Positions 1 through 11,841 of a DNA stretch of 64,000 bases are shown here, in pieces (within the stretch, counting starts at the first letter, position 1; every line of letters begins with the position of its first letter). A program made the position numbers and the translations under genes. The DNA comes from Sphaerodactylus townsendi (Eukaryota), in contig NC_059439.1 of the NCBI RefSeq assembly GCF_021028975.2, positions 7,626,001 through 7,690,000 of the forward strand, written 5' to 3'. A model generated the notes under the pieces. That model did not search any database, was not told where the DNA came from, and worked only from the letters and a program-made list of their open reading frames with translations.

Positions 1-30
1 ATTCATTTCCTCTATACTGATGTATCAATG

Positions 31-107
31 CAGGGGTGTCCAACTCTGGCACTTCAGATGTTCATGGACTACAATTCCCATCAGCCCCTGCTGGCATGGC
101 CCAATTG
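31..107. mobile_element. Half copy of the palindromic hAT-type MITE
   Basis: caggggtgtccaactctggcacttcagatgttcatggactacaattcccatcagcccctg; same family as 10810, 11696 and 20769. Confidence 0.75.
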
Positions 108-764
108 TAAAATTGTAAAAGCCCATGGTATGGATGGAAGAAATCCTCATTTTGGGGCAGTTAATGCCCACATTAGACTCCAATAAGCTATAGTTCTGGT
201 TCCTGGGCTGGTATAACATAAAACTATAATTGACTTGCAAGCATGAGACTATCTAGTCTCAAGATTACTCAGTGAACTTCATGCCACAGTGAGGATTTAA
301 ACCTGAATCATTCAGATCCTTGTTCAATACTCTAACCATTACGCCATACTACTGAGCATGCTGGGAATTGAGTATCAGCTCAGTGGTACAAGAGGAAGTA
401 ACAAAGGAAACACAGTCCTCCAGTAAACAGTTGCTTGGGTATTCAGCAAGTATTTATAGCCCACCATAATGGGCAGGATCCAGTCAACTTCCTGGTTGGG
501 AGAACTATCTGGTTAGTCTGTCGGAAGAACAGATTCCATGCAGGCAAGTGTTTTTTTCTGCCCAAGAGCAGCCCTAGGCTCTGACAGCTGAGTCTTCCAC
601 TGCCCTTCACCTTTCCAACCGACTCTTTTTCAGGCAAATCCTAGATCCAGGTTTCCTGTTGCTCTTTACCCAACTTTGCTTCCTATCTAGACTCTTTATC
701 TCTCTTCCTCTGGGATCCCCTTCATGAAACCTCCTTGCCTTCTAGTCACAGTGTGGGCTCCATC

Positions 765-1039
765 CAGTGGTGGGATTCAGCCGGTTTGCACTGGTTCAGC
801 TGAACGGCTGAATCCCACCACCTTGGGGATGACGAGCAAGGGGGCTTTCCAAGGACTCCGGGACTCGGAAAGCCCCCTCGCTTGCCCTTCCAGGCCAAGC
901 TGCTGCCGCCGCCTTCCCTCACCCCCACCCCCACCCCCTCGCGGCCCAACAATCCGCAGCAGCCAGTTAAGTGGGCGGGGGGGAGGAGTGGCGGGGGGGG
1001 GGGCAAACCATTAGTTAAATTAATAGAATCCCACCACTG
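765..1039. mobile_element. Non-autonomous hAT element
   Basis: TIRs cagtggtgggattc / gaatcccaccactg; perfect 8-bp TSD gctccatc (757-764, 1040-1047). Confidence 0.9.
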
Positions 1040-1108
1040 GCTCCATCTTTGCTCTGCTCCTGTTTCCCAAGCAGCAGAAATGTGTGGATTCTAGATACTG
1101 ACGAATGA

Positions 1109-1504
<396 letters not shown>

Positions 1505-1939
1505 TGATCCCATCTCTCTCCCAGTACACACCCCTCAAAGGGCATTCAGATGGGACTGTTTCCGTCAGAAATATCACACGGCATCTGTGTGGCATAGGGG
1601 ATGTTCTTGGAAAGCAGTTCAGCACAACTGCAGGGGTAAAAGGACAGAGAGCAGAGTGGAAGATGACTGCATGAAAGGTCACGAAAAAGGTTGGTAAAAC
1701 AGTTCTTTAAACCACCGAGTGTTTGGGCAAGTGGGCTCAGTGGAGGTTTGACAGATGAAATAGCTAATGGGTGGTGTGTTGAGCAGCCAGGTTGGAAAAA
1801 GAACTGGAGCTGGTTGGTAGGCTCAAGGCGTTGTTGTTGAGTGCTTGCTGATCAGTGTGATTGTTAGGCTGGGGCTGAGATCTTGGATTGGGGTCACAAG
1901 CAAGTGCCTGCCCACTGAGGATTCACCTACACCTTAGGG

Positions 1940-2283
1940 CAGGGGTTCCCAACTTGGCACCGCTGGGCACTATGGTATTCACCAACACCTTTTTCTGGTG
2001 CCTGCCAAGTGTTATTAGGAAGTATGTGGAGCCAGTAGGGGTTTTGCCCAGCAAGGCTTCTGATTGGCTATTGGAGATTTGATTGACTGTGCAGATTTTT
2101 TTAATGTGGTTTTGGCAGCAGCTGCCACCACAGCACAAGGATCTACATTGTATTACAGAAGTTAATCTGTGGGAACTATATTGTGGCTGGCTCTGCCTCC
2201 TGCTGCAGCCATTTTGTTGCTGCATCCACCATTTTATATCAAATTCCAACTATGCCTCAAGTTCAAAAAGCACAGAGTCCCTG
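1940..2283. mobile_element. Old non-autonomous hAT-like element
   Basis: Starts caggggttcccaac. The interior recurs in reverse orientation at ~58130-58390. Confidence 0.6.
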
Positions 2284-2369
2284 CTGTAGAGTTTGATTAA
2301 GGACCCAGAGAAATAGGCAGTACAGCGGGAAGAAGGCCCTGCCTCATTTTCCTGGGTCTTGTGCGCAAT

Positions 2370-3990
2370 CCCACATTAGGACTGCGCATGTGCAGACCTG
2401 CCTTTGGAGAATAGAAAGCTTCAGTTTCTGTTCTGTCACTAAGAGCACTCGCTCCCCCTCCCTTGTAGGTTCGCAACTGCCCTGAGTCCAGCTCCCGGAG
2501 ATCCAATTTTGAGCTTCACCCGAAAGATACAGGTTTATCTAACGCCTCTGTCAGGGTTTGTCTATCTATCATATTGGCATTTCGGGTCAGGGTTGGCTCC
2601 TTTTCAGTTTTGTCCCACCCCTCCTTGAAAAGATTCCTCAGAGGGCTAAATAACCTATACCCTACCTTCAAGCCCCTCATTTCACAGTAGAGCCTGGTGC
2701 TGGTCCTTTCCAGGCTCATGGGCAAGCTGCTCAAGCCGTTGGCTTCATGCGGCCCAGATGTCCTGTCATAGAAGGTGGCTTTCTGGGTCGCCATAACATC
2801 TGCCATAACATCTGCCAGGACCACTATGGTTGAGGGCTCGTCTGTCTGGACTTGTTCACCAAATTCCGCACTGATAAAGTGATCCTTCTCCCCAGCCTAG
2901 AACTTCCCTGAGGTGGTCATCCCATTCCACTTGGTCCAGGACATTGTGCTGCCAGTGCTATGCCAACAATGCAGTCTGAGCAATCCCTGCATATTTTGGA
3001 CCTTCAGAGTTCCTTGGTTTTTTATATGAAGCTGTTCAATGAGGACAATAACCTCTTTGGCTGCTTTGCGGACAAGCACAAGGGATGCAGGGTAACAACA
3101 CAGACCCTGCCAAAGTGGGCATCAAGGCCTGTGCTCCTGCTGATGTGGAATGCTCAATGCTGACCTGAGCATTCAGGACTACTCAAACTCAGCCGCTTCT
3201 GCTGCCTGGGCATCCAGCATGTCCTTGGGCAACCTCCTGGTCATTCATGTCCACCTTCATAAGACACTACGCAGTGGATGTTGACCAGGGAGGAGGCGGG
3301 GCCGCAGCAGCTGACAGGGCCGCGGTTTGCCGCCGGCTGCTTCTGCCTCCTCCCTCGATCTCCATTGGCGGTGGCATCAAGGGAGGAGGCGGGGCCGCAG
3401 AAACTAGCAGCAAGTCACAGCCTAGTCAGCTGCTGCATCCCCCTTCCGGCTCGTGTGCTGCAGGGGATAGCCAGGGGGCGCAGTGGTGGGATTAGCTGCC
3501 AGTTCTTTCAAACCAGTGTAAATCGGCTGACTCCCACCACTGATGTTGACTCCAGAAAAGAGGCAGTGGTCGGGAGAGCAGTCCTAAAGGTGATGTTTAA
3601 GTGATAGCCTCATGCCCTCCCCCAAGGTGAGGAAGCTTGCTACTCTCCCAGTGTGCACAAAAGCCCCACGAAGATGAACAGCAACGTTGCACTTAACCTG
3701 TATAACAGTAGATCATCTAGTGGGCTTCTGTGCAGTCACATATACCCTCCCTCCTACGCCCCCAAGGGCTGCAATTTCAAACTCCACAACTCTCTGCATA
3801 AAGTATGTAGCTGTGGCGATGGTAGGAGAACTGAGGGACGCACTCCGCCCCCTCTCTTTTGACATGCTACGTTTAGACGGGACATTTCCCGTCTAATGAA
3901 GGGAGGGGGAACGAGTGCTCTTAAAGTGACAGAACTGAAATTACAGCTTTTTATTCTCTGAAGGCATGCACAGTCCTAATGTGTGCCTGC
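2370..3990 (+). mobile_element. Degenerate DIRS1-like (tyrosine recombinase) retrotransposon in the last THRA intron
   Basis: Inverted terminal-like repeats 2370-2462 vs 3898-3985. Broken YR-like peptides (PEVVIPFHLVQDIVLP, SLHILDLQSSLVFY, STFIRHYAVDV, EAVVGRAVL). Internal complementary region at ~3650-3740. Confidence 0.75.
3286..3542. mobile_element. hAT-type MITE nested in the DIRS recombinase remnant
   Basis: Perfect 8-bp TSD atgttgac (3278-3285, 3543-3550). Right end cccaccactg as in the 765-1039 element. Confidence 0.85.
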
Positions 3991-4028
3991 ACAGAAGTTC
4001 ACTCAATGAACCATCATTACACAGGTAA

Positions 4029-4343
<315 letters not shown>

Positions 4344-5166
4344 GGTGGGGGGGAGGGGGTAAACAGGGTGGCACGGGAGAATTGGGGAGGCAGGCAATTT
4401 GGGACTGGGGCGACGTCTGGACTTGGGCCACGGAGCCCCCACCTCATCACTTCGGACACAACAGATTTTTGGGGAAAAAAATTTGTTCTGTTTTATTGTT
4501 TTCATTTTTCTTTTCATTTTTGTTTTGTTTTTCTAAATATTGCACGTCAGCATCAAGTGAATCACACGGAAGCGGGAGGTGAGGCGTCGGTGATCGGGGC
4601 TGGGACACCAAAAAAAAGAGAAAGAAAGAAAAAGGTTGAACTTTTCTTACAAGGTAGACTTGTACAGTAGCCAATTCTTCGGTCTAGGCAGACTTTAAAA
4701 CAAAAATTGGGCAATATGATATCTCCCTCCCTACTTATTTTACTCCTGCCAATCCCTTTTGACCTGGAGTTCTCTTTCAGGGGTGAGACAAATTGTCTTA
4801 AATTTTAACACAATTAAAGGTGGGGGGATTGTTCTACATACTACTCCCCCCCAATCCTTTGCCCTTCTCCCCATCAAGACCCCCCCCCCCCCCCAGCACT
4901 GGAAACTGCCTGTACCTCTAGTTTTAGCCCTGATCCAAACCTCTCTCGTTTAAACGGACTTGATTACCAATATATATAAATATATATATGTTTCTTTTGC
5001 ACATAATGGTCCCAGGAAACGTCAGAGTGTGTTTGCTTCTTTTATTCTTATTTTCAGTTTCTTTTAGAACTTTTAGCATTTAGTTATCCTCCCTGGGAGG
5101 CTAAAATATAAAATGCACTTTTTTGTAAAAGAAAAAAAAGATTTTTTAAAGAAAAAGAAAAGGAAC

Positions 5167-5167
<1 letters not shown>

Positions 5168-5204
<37 letters not shown>

Positions 5205-5207
5205 AGA
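5168..5207. repeat. (GA)n microsatellite
   Basis: Seen directly. Confidence 0.95.
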
Positions 5208-6404
5208 AATCCTATTAAATTATTGATGGGGAGGAAGGAAAGTCCTAAGGTGGTTTGGCAAAAAAATGAGAAAACCCAGCAAACTGAGATTCACATTCCT
5301 AGTGTGAAGGACAGATGCACTTTGAAATAGGAAAAGACTCCCCCTCTCTTCTCTCCTAGCGGAAAAGCAGGTGATTGAGTGAGAAATCTATTTTATTTTG
5401 CTTCGAATCGCACTGCAGGGCTCTGAACTTCAGGGGCACCGGCTTCTTATTCCAGTGCTGAGGGGTAAATTCATCCCCTCCTGCAAGAAATAAAATTTCA
5501 ACCTCTCCTGTTTCCACCCCTGAAACCCCCACTCCTCCCTGTGGCCAATCTACCTCCATGTTGGGCAAGGAAGGTGGGGAGGGGGGTCTAAAGTGTCCCC
5601 ACTCATTCTTACAGCTGCCCCCACCCCCAGCTATAGGCCTGCACGCATCGCTCCCTTTGGCCTTGGAAATGGCCCTTGCTAACTCTTTGCACATGCTTTC
5701 CCACGCCACATGGCGGTACATCCCCCCCCCCCCTTTCTGCACTAATGTTATCCGTTGTCCTACCTTCCCCGCATTTCTCTCTGGGGGAGGCAACGAGCCA
5801 AAAACCTTGACTCTTCCCACTCTTGGGAGAACCAAGTAAGGGTCGAATGCTTTCCCCGCTCCTTGATTTTTGTTATCATTGTTTTTGTAAATGGCACTTA
5901 TCAATGGAGAAAGTTGATAATATTCATAGAGAGGTGGCTTCATCCCAGAGAGCTACAGGCTGGAGCAGTAAGGCATCCAAGGGGTGGGGGTGGCTAGCTC
6001 TCACGTAGGGGAACCAAGCCAAGCTGCTTGCTGCCCGCTTAAAGCCCTTTCTTCGAGAATATCCTGTGCCCCTCATGCCCATAAATCTTCAGCCTTGTTC
6101 TTGCACCGATCATATTCATGTCCATGGGAAGAAAGGGCAGATGTCTGTCTAACTGGGCTCCTGTTCCACCTCTGGGGCAGGAGGAGCCACTGTTCGTATG
6201 GAAAGGGCCAGCCTTTCCATCCCAATTTTCCTTTCAGAAGACTAAAGAAATCCTAAAGGGATTGCCACATTAGACTTTTGTAGCAAAATTAAATAGGAGC
6301 CCAGTGGTACCTCCAAGACTATCGTAATTTCTTACTGCAGAAGCTTTACTGAACTCCTGAAAGTTGTGTGTTCCGGGGCGGGGGTTGTTTTGTTTTTGGC
6401 CAGC

Positions 6405-6590
6405 TGATTTATGGCAACCCTGTAGGGCTTTGAAAGGCAAGAGAGGTTCGGGGGTGGTTTGCCATTGCCTGCCTTTGCATCATGACCTCAGTATTCTCCT
6501 TGGAGGTCTTCCCCTCCAGACACTAGCCGGGGCAACCCTGTTTAACTTCCAAGATCTGATGACAGGCTGTCCAAGTCAGGACCGTGAAAA
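6405..6590 (-). mobile_element. 5S rRNA-derived SINE (5S-Sauria-like), degenerate
   Basis: 5S-like head (ggaggtct..ccagacactagcc..gggcaaccctg..ttccaagatctga) plus a ggtttgccattgcc tail. Related copies at 21275, 48808, 54384 and 55150. Confidence 0.65.
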
Positions 6591-9561
6591 CTTAGGGTGT
6601 ATCAAATTGTGTTTGTCACAAAGGTGCTACTGGGCTCTTGTTTAACAAAGAGATCCTGTGCTTCTGCACTTGCATAGTAGAATAGACACCGCGGGCAGAG
6701 CTGAGCCTTTGGGCTGCATGCACTAGTTGGGGAGAAATGGCGGTTGGATCGCTCAGAGCCTTATTCTCAAAAAGAGGGCAGCGTTTTTAGAGGCGGAAAA
6801 CGGGGCAGGTTAGTCAAAAGCCAAATTAGGCAAGCAGTGATCAAGAAGGCAGGCAATGAAGAAGCGTCCTGGATTTTCAGACTCGCCCAGCATTTGGTCT
6901 TTTGGGGAACTCTTTTCATTCTAGCCTTCTTGCTGTCTATCTGTCCCTGGCTGCTTGGGAAATGGGCTGGCCCACTGAAGCCCTGATCATCAGTTTCTCC
7001 TTCCATGACAGCAGCATGTTTGGGTGGGTGGGGGGGATGACTGGTGAACCAGCCCCCCATCACCATCCCCCAGTTCCCCAAATGGAGTGATGACAAACCC
7101 CAGTTTCCACTGCCATCAGACCTTTTGTTCAGTTCTGTTGCCTCTGGGTTGGCAGCTACATTGTGTTGGGAGGCACACGGGCAGTGCTTTTTAAGGTGTC
7201 AGATTTAGCCCCCAAACCTTCAGTTGCTGATTCCTGTGCTAAAAGATGGGAGTTGGGGATTTTTTTGAAAAAGAAAACCCAAACAAAGAACGAAAAGACC
7301 ACCAGCTTCCTGATGTTTTAATTCTTTCTGTTCCATTTCAACACAAACCAAACTGTGACTTCATTAAGGAAAACATTTTTGACACTTAATGGGTTGGGCC
7401 TCTCCCATGAGCCACTTCTTCTGTGATAGATCCATCTTTTTGGTCAATCTGTTAGGCAAGATTCCTCTTAAAACTGTAATGTAATATTGGAAGGGGGGTA
7501 GCTTCTTTTTTTTTTTAATTTTTACTCCCCTCAGCCTCTCCTTTTCTTTCTCTCTCTGTCTCTGTCACTCGGTTTCCGTTGAGAAAAATCCTTTACCTCT
7601 TACCTCATTCAAGACGCTGTGGGAATTGTTACATGATAAGTTGGGTGCATGTCGGATGTACCGTCTGAAGGTTCAGGGGCCGGCGTGTGGAGAACACAGC
7701 TCCAATTTAAGCTAATATACAGAAATATATATATAAGTATGTATAATTTTTTAATTAACAAGAAAAATATTTGTACGGGTCTGTTCACAAAAAAAAATAC
7801 TACGCAAGCAAAATTGAGGGTTGGAAGAAAATAAGGTAGGTTTTTAAAAATCATGTTAAAATGATGTGAGCTTGATGTGCGCACAGGGTGGGGAGGGGGG
7901 GAGACTTTGCTGCTTAGTTGGTACTGAACATGGTCCGGAGTCCTAATAGCCATGTAAGAATGTGGTTGGTTGTCTTCAGGATTGCGCTTGCTAATTTGCA
8001 AACACCACACAAGCATAGAATTTGGTATTGTGTACAAATCCTGAGAGTCCGTTTCTCTCTTTTTTTAAAAGCAAGTTTTTAGTCCTTAGTGCTACGGATG
8101 AGACATAAAAGCCTGGTGAAATCTTGAACCCAGATTAAAGCTAAGCAGGATTTCCAGTGCAAAAGCAGAATAAATCATGCAAAACGAGCACCTATATTGC
8201 AGTTTTGCTTAATTATTCAGCTTTTCTTAGCATGGAGCTCAACCTCTGTCAGTATCCGAGATTTGTTTTTTGAAACTCAGCAGTATACAAAGCTATATTC
8301 GTTTTCCCGATTAGCTTCGTCCCCAGGGAATTGCAGATGTGTCCACCAAAGCTGCATTTCTTTTTTGCTTCTCAACTTGGGAGCTGGGGGACAATGCAGT
8401 TGTACAATTCTTGGCCTGGAAAATGTGAGTTAATCGCAGGGGGAGGCGGTGGTGTGGCAAAAGAGTGGAAGGGGAGGTTGAGGGCATAGATTTGGTGGCC
8501 TCTGCAACCCTTGCAGTTCCTCATTTAAACACTTTCTAGTGGCATAGAAACAGTCTTGAAGTGGTTGCTTCAGTGTTGCGGGGCTCAGTTTCACCATGGA
8601 GAAGCAGCTCGCTCACATAGATCATCTGAACTCTGCCCCATCACTTCACTACAGGACCCATTCGCTCTGCTCCTTCCCAGTTACAGTCCTGTTAACTTTC
8701 AAAATATTCTTTGACCACAGCCTAACATCTCTGCAGCTCTTCCCTAAGCAAGCATTATGGAGACACTTGTGCACTTAATTCTTGTGTGATGTGCAGTGTG
8801 CTAAAAACCTCTGTGTGTGTGTGCATGCGTGCATGTGTGCACGCTTGCCCGGCTGTTCAGAAATTACCTTTATGCAACTTTGGCTGTGATCCAGTGCACA
8901 CTAACTCAAGAGTCAGTCTTTGGTAGCTTGCTTTTGAGTAAATGTGTGTAAGAGTGAGCTGCTAGGCTCCAGCACTTTCTCTTAGAGGGAAAGAAACCCC
9001 AAATTGCTGGTGGTTTCAAGTAAACAAACTGAGGGTGTCTTGTCTAAACATCCAGATCTGCCTTACAGGAGCCCAGTCATTGGTTTGTCTAACTTAGTGT
9101 GGTGTGCTTCAATGGGCAAAAGATCTCTTGATCTCAAACTCGGGCTGTTCCCACCAGGGGTGTAGCTGCCTAAAACAGCGCCCGGGGCAAGCACACTGGC
9201 TCCCTCCACCCCCAGGCACCACTTGAATAGGTCACTGGGGGCATGCATTTAGTGAGCCACCTCACCCTGCAACCGCACCCCATCCCCACAAACTCCACAT
9301 GGACTTTGGGGACAGGGCACAGTTGTGAGGGAGGGGTGCGTGCAGCTCAGCAAACACACACCCATGTGACCTACTCAGCTGGCACTTGGAGCTCCAGCCC
9401 CATCACACCCCTCCCTCATGACATGACTGGTGTCCAGCCCTGACCAAATTAGACATGCAGTGCAGGTAGAACCTCCAGGCAGGTTTCTTTTTAAATTGAA
9501 ATGGAGACACAGGGGGAGTAGCAGGGATAATGAACCATTTTTCCATGGGCCCTTTTTTCAG

Positions 9562-9564
<3 letters not shown>

Positions 9565-9610
<46 letters not shown>
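9565..9610. repeat. (CA)n microsatellite
   Basis: Seen directly. Confidence 0.95.
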
Positions 9611-9612
<2 letters not shown>

Positions 9613-10809
9613 GAAAAGGGGCTCCTTTTTCTGGAGGCAAGCCCGTGTTTCACTGGGGACTATCTTTACACAATTCATGTTCTTTGCCGTAAAGTTCGGG
9701 TCCCTTCTCGTAAGCAAACATTTTGCTATCGTTTTTAAATGTGCTGCTTTCGCAGATTTGTAAAAGGTACACATGGTTAACACATATTCTTACAGTATAC
9801 GCACACTTATATGTATCCAAATACTTCCCTTTTTGGTATTTGATTATTCCTCCACTCCCCTTTAAGTATTCCTTGCCTTCATTCTCTTAGCCTGCTGCTA
9901 TCCCAAAACACTCCCATAGGGTAAAAATTCGATCACTCTGGGCTTTCCTTCCCTCAGCTATACCTCTTTAACCTCTTCCAAAAGTTGATTCAGCACCCAT
10001 ACCAACCTGTGGCAGAATTCCCCTCAACAGAAGAAAAAAATTGTGGCTAATCTGGAGCATCATTTGTGATCTGTCTCACTTAACAATGCGCCCAAGCAAA
10101 TGTGTGGCCATGCCTCATGTATGAGCAGAGCTCAGCAATTCACATAGCCCAGTTTTGTTTACGCCCTTTGGAAGTGGCCATCTAAGATCCCAGACTAAGA
10201 TCCCAAATTCAGACTTACTTGATTTCTGTATGACTGAGATTGTCACAGTCCCAGCGCTAAATATTAACAGCTGCCACAGAAAGCCCCGTGCAAGTCTCAG
10301 AAGTTCATCCTGAAATGTAGAGTTTGTCATTACAAAATTGAATGGCCTCTCATCTCTTTTGGTGGCGACACCTCTTCATTGTAGCCTGCTGAGGTCCCTG
10401 TCTCCCCCCCCCCCCCCAAAAAAAAAAAAATCTCTAGGAAATTCTCAACCTGGATCTGACAACCCTACTTCATCCTCTGCTGGGGGCCCCGGGGTGGCCA
10501 TTTTATTTTTGTAGTGGGAACCTCCTAACTCCCCCACCCCCCATTACTGTTTGTACTGTTCTAGCTGGCAAATGGAATCTGACCTTGTGTTGAAATTTCA
10601 TGGGAAAATTCTAAGAGGGCTATGGTGTTCAAGGCTCTCTTTGATCCAGCTGATAATCACCACTGACCACTCCGTTTGTAAGCTATGATATCTTTGCCAG
10701 GAACATAAGGAATTTTTTCCTTCCATGGACCCAGAAAATTGGGTGTACGTAGCCCTTTTCCTCCAACCTAAGGAGTCTTTCTCTGACTTACGTGGGTCCT
10801 TCTCTAGCG

Positions 10810-10924
10810 CAGGAGTGTCCAAGTTTGGCACTTCAGATGTAAATTCCTATCATGGCCATGCCAGCAGGGGTTGATGGAAATTGTAGTCCATGAACATCTG
10901 AAGCGCCAGAGTTGGACACCTCTG
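10810..10924. mobile_element. Palindromic hAT-type MITE (internally deleted)
   Basis: Terminal inverted repeats; 8-bp TSD ctctagcg/ctctagtg. Confidence 0.85.
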
Positions 10925-11695
10925 CTCTAGTGGAAGGATCCACTTCATTTGGAGGAAGGTGTCTTTGACAGGAAGAAGCCTTCAAACTTGAGCCAAAAAG
11001 AAAGGTGGGGGATAAATTTTAATTAATAAATAAGCTTTGCTCAGTGATGTGCTGGAAGAGGAGAGTGGGATCAACCCGTGTTTGCGCTGTGCCTTCCCCC
11101 CACCAACACCTATAATGTCTAGCAGTCGGGGGGTGTACAAACAGGCCATCACCCATGCAATGGCCCTGTAGAATTTTCTCACAGAAACCCTTTCCATTTT
11201 GTGGATGCATTCGGTTCTCGTCATCCTGAAGTCTGAATAATCCTGTGCAAGAACAATCCGAGCAATGTTCCCGCGTACGAGAAATACCTTTTGAGTCATA
11301 GACAAGCTGGTTAAGCATCAACTGACATTGGTTCTGGAGCAGGGCTTGCTTCAGGCACATGTATTTTTGTCTTAATGCCATCTCAGATGTTTGAACAGCC
11401 CCCCTCCCCAAATGTCTTTTGGTTAAAGAAGGTGATGGGACAGTACAAAGTAGACACCAATCCCATTTCCTAAATGCTCTCGGTTTTGGGGGGGTGTTTC
11501 TCTCTCTCTCTCGTATTACATTTTAAGTGGAAGTTTGGTAGTTTAAAAACTGAGCCTTTAACCAGAAAAAAAAATGCAGTGTTTTGAGAGTCACCTGCTA
11601 CTTGCCGGTCATCTGCAACGGGTGAGCTTCTGCATCGCTAAGTAACGGTGCAGAAAAAATTATTTTGGTTGCTGCAGCTGTTCTGGCCCCTACGT

Positions 11696-11841
11696 CCGTG
11701 GTGGCGAACCTTTGGCACTCCAGATGTTATGGACGACAATTCCCATCAGCCCCTGCCAGCATGGCCAATTGGTCATGCTGGCAGGGGCTGATGGGAATTG
11801 TCGTCCATAACATCTGGAGTGCCAAAGGTTCGCCACCACTG
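11696..11841. mobile_element. Palindromic hAT-type MITE, near-perfect 146-bp inverted repeat
   Basis: The arms are complementary almost throughout; TSD ccctacgt/ccctacgc (11688-11695, 11842-11849). Confidence 0.9.
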
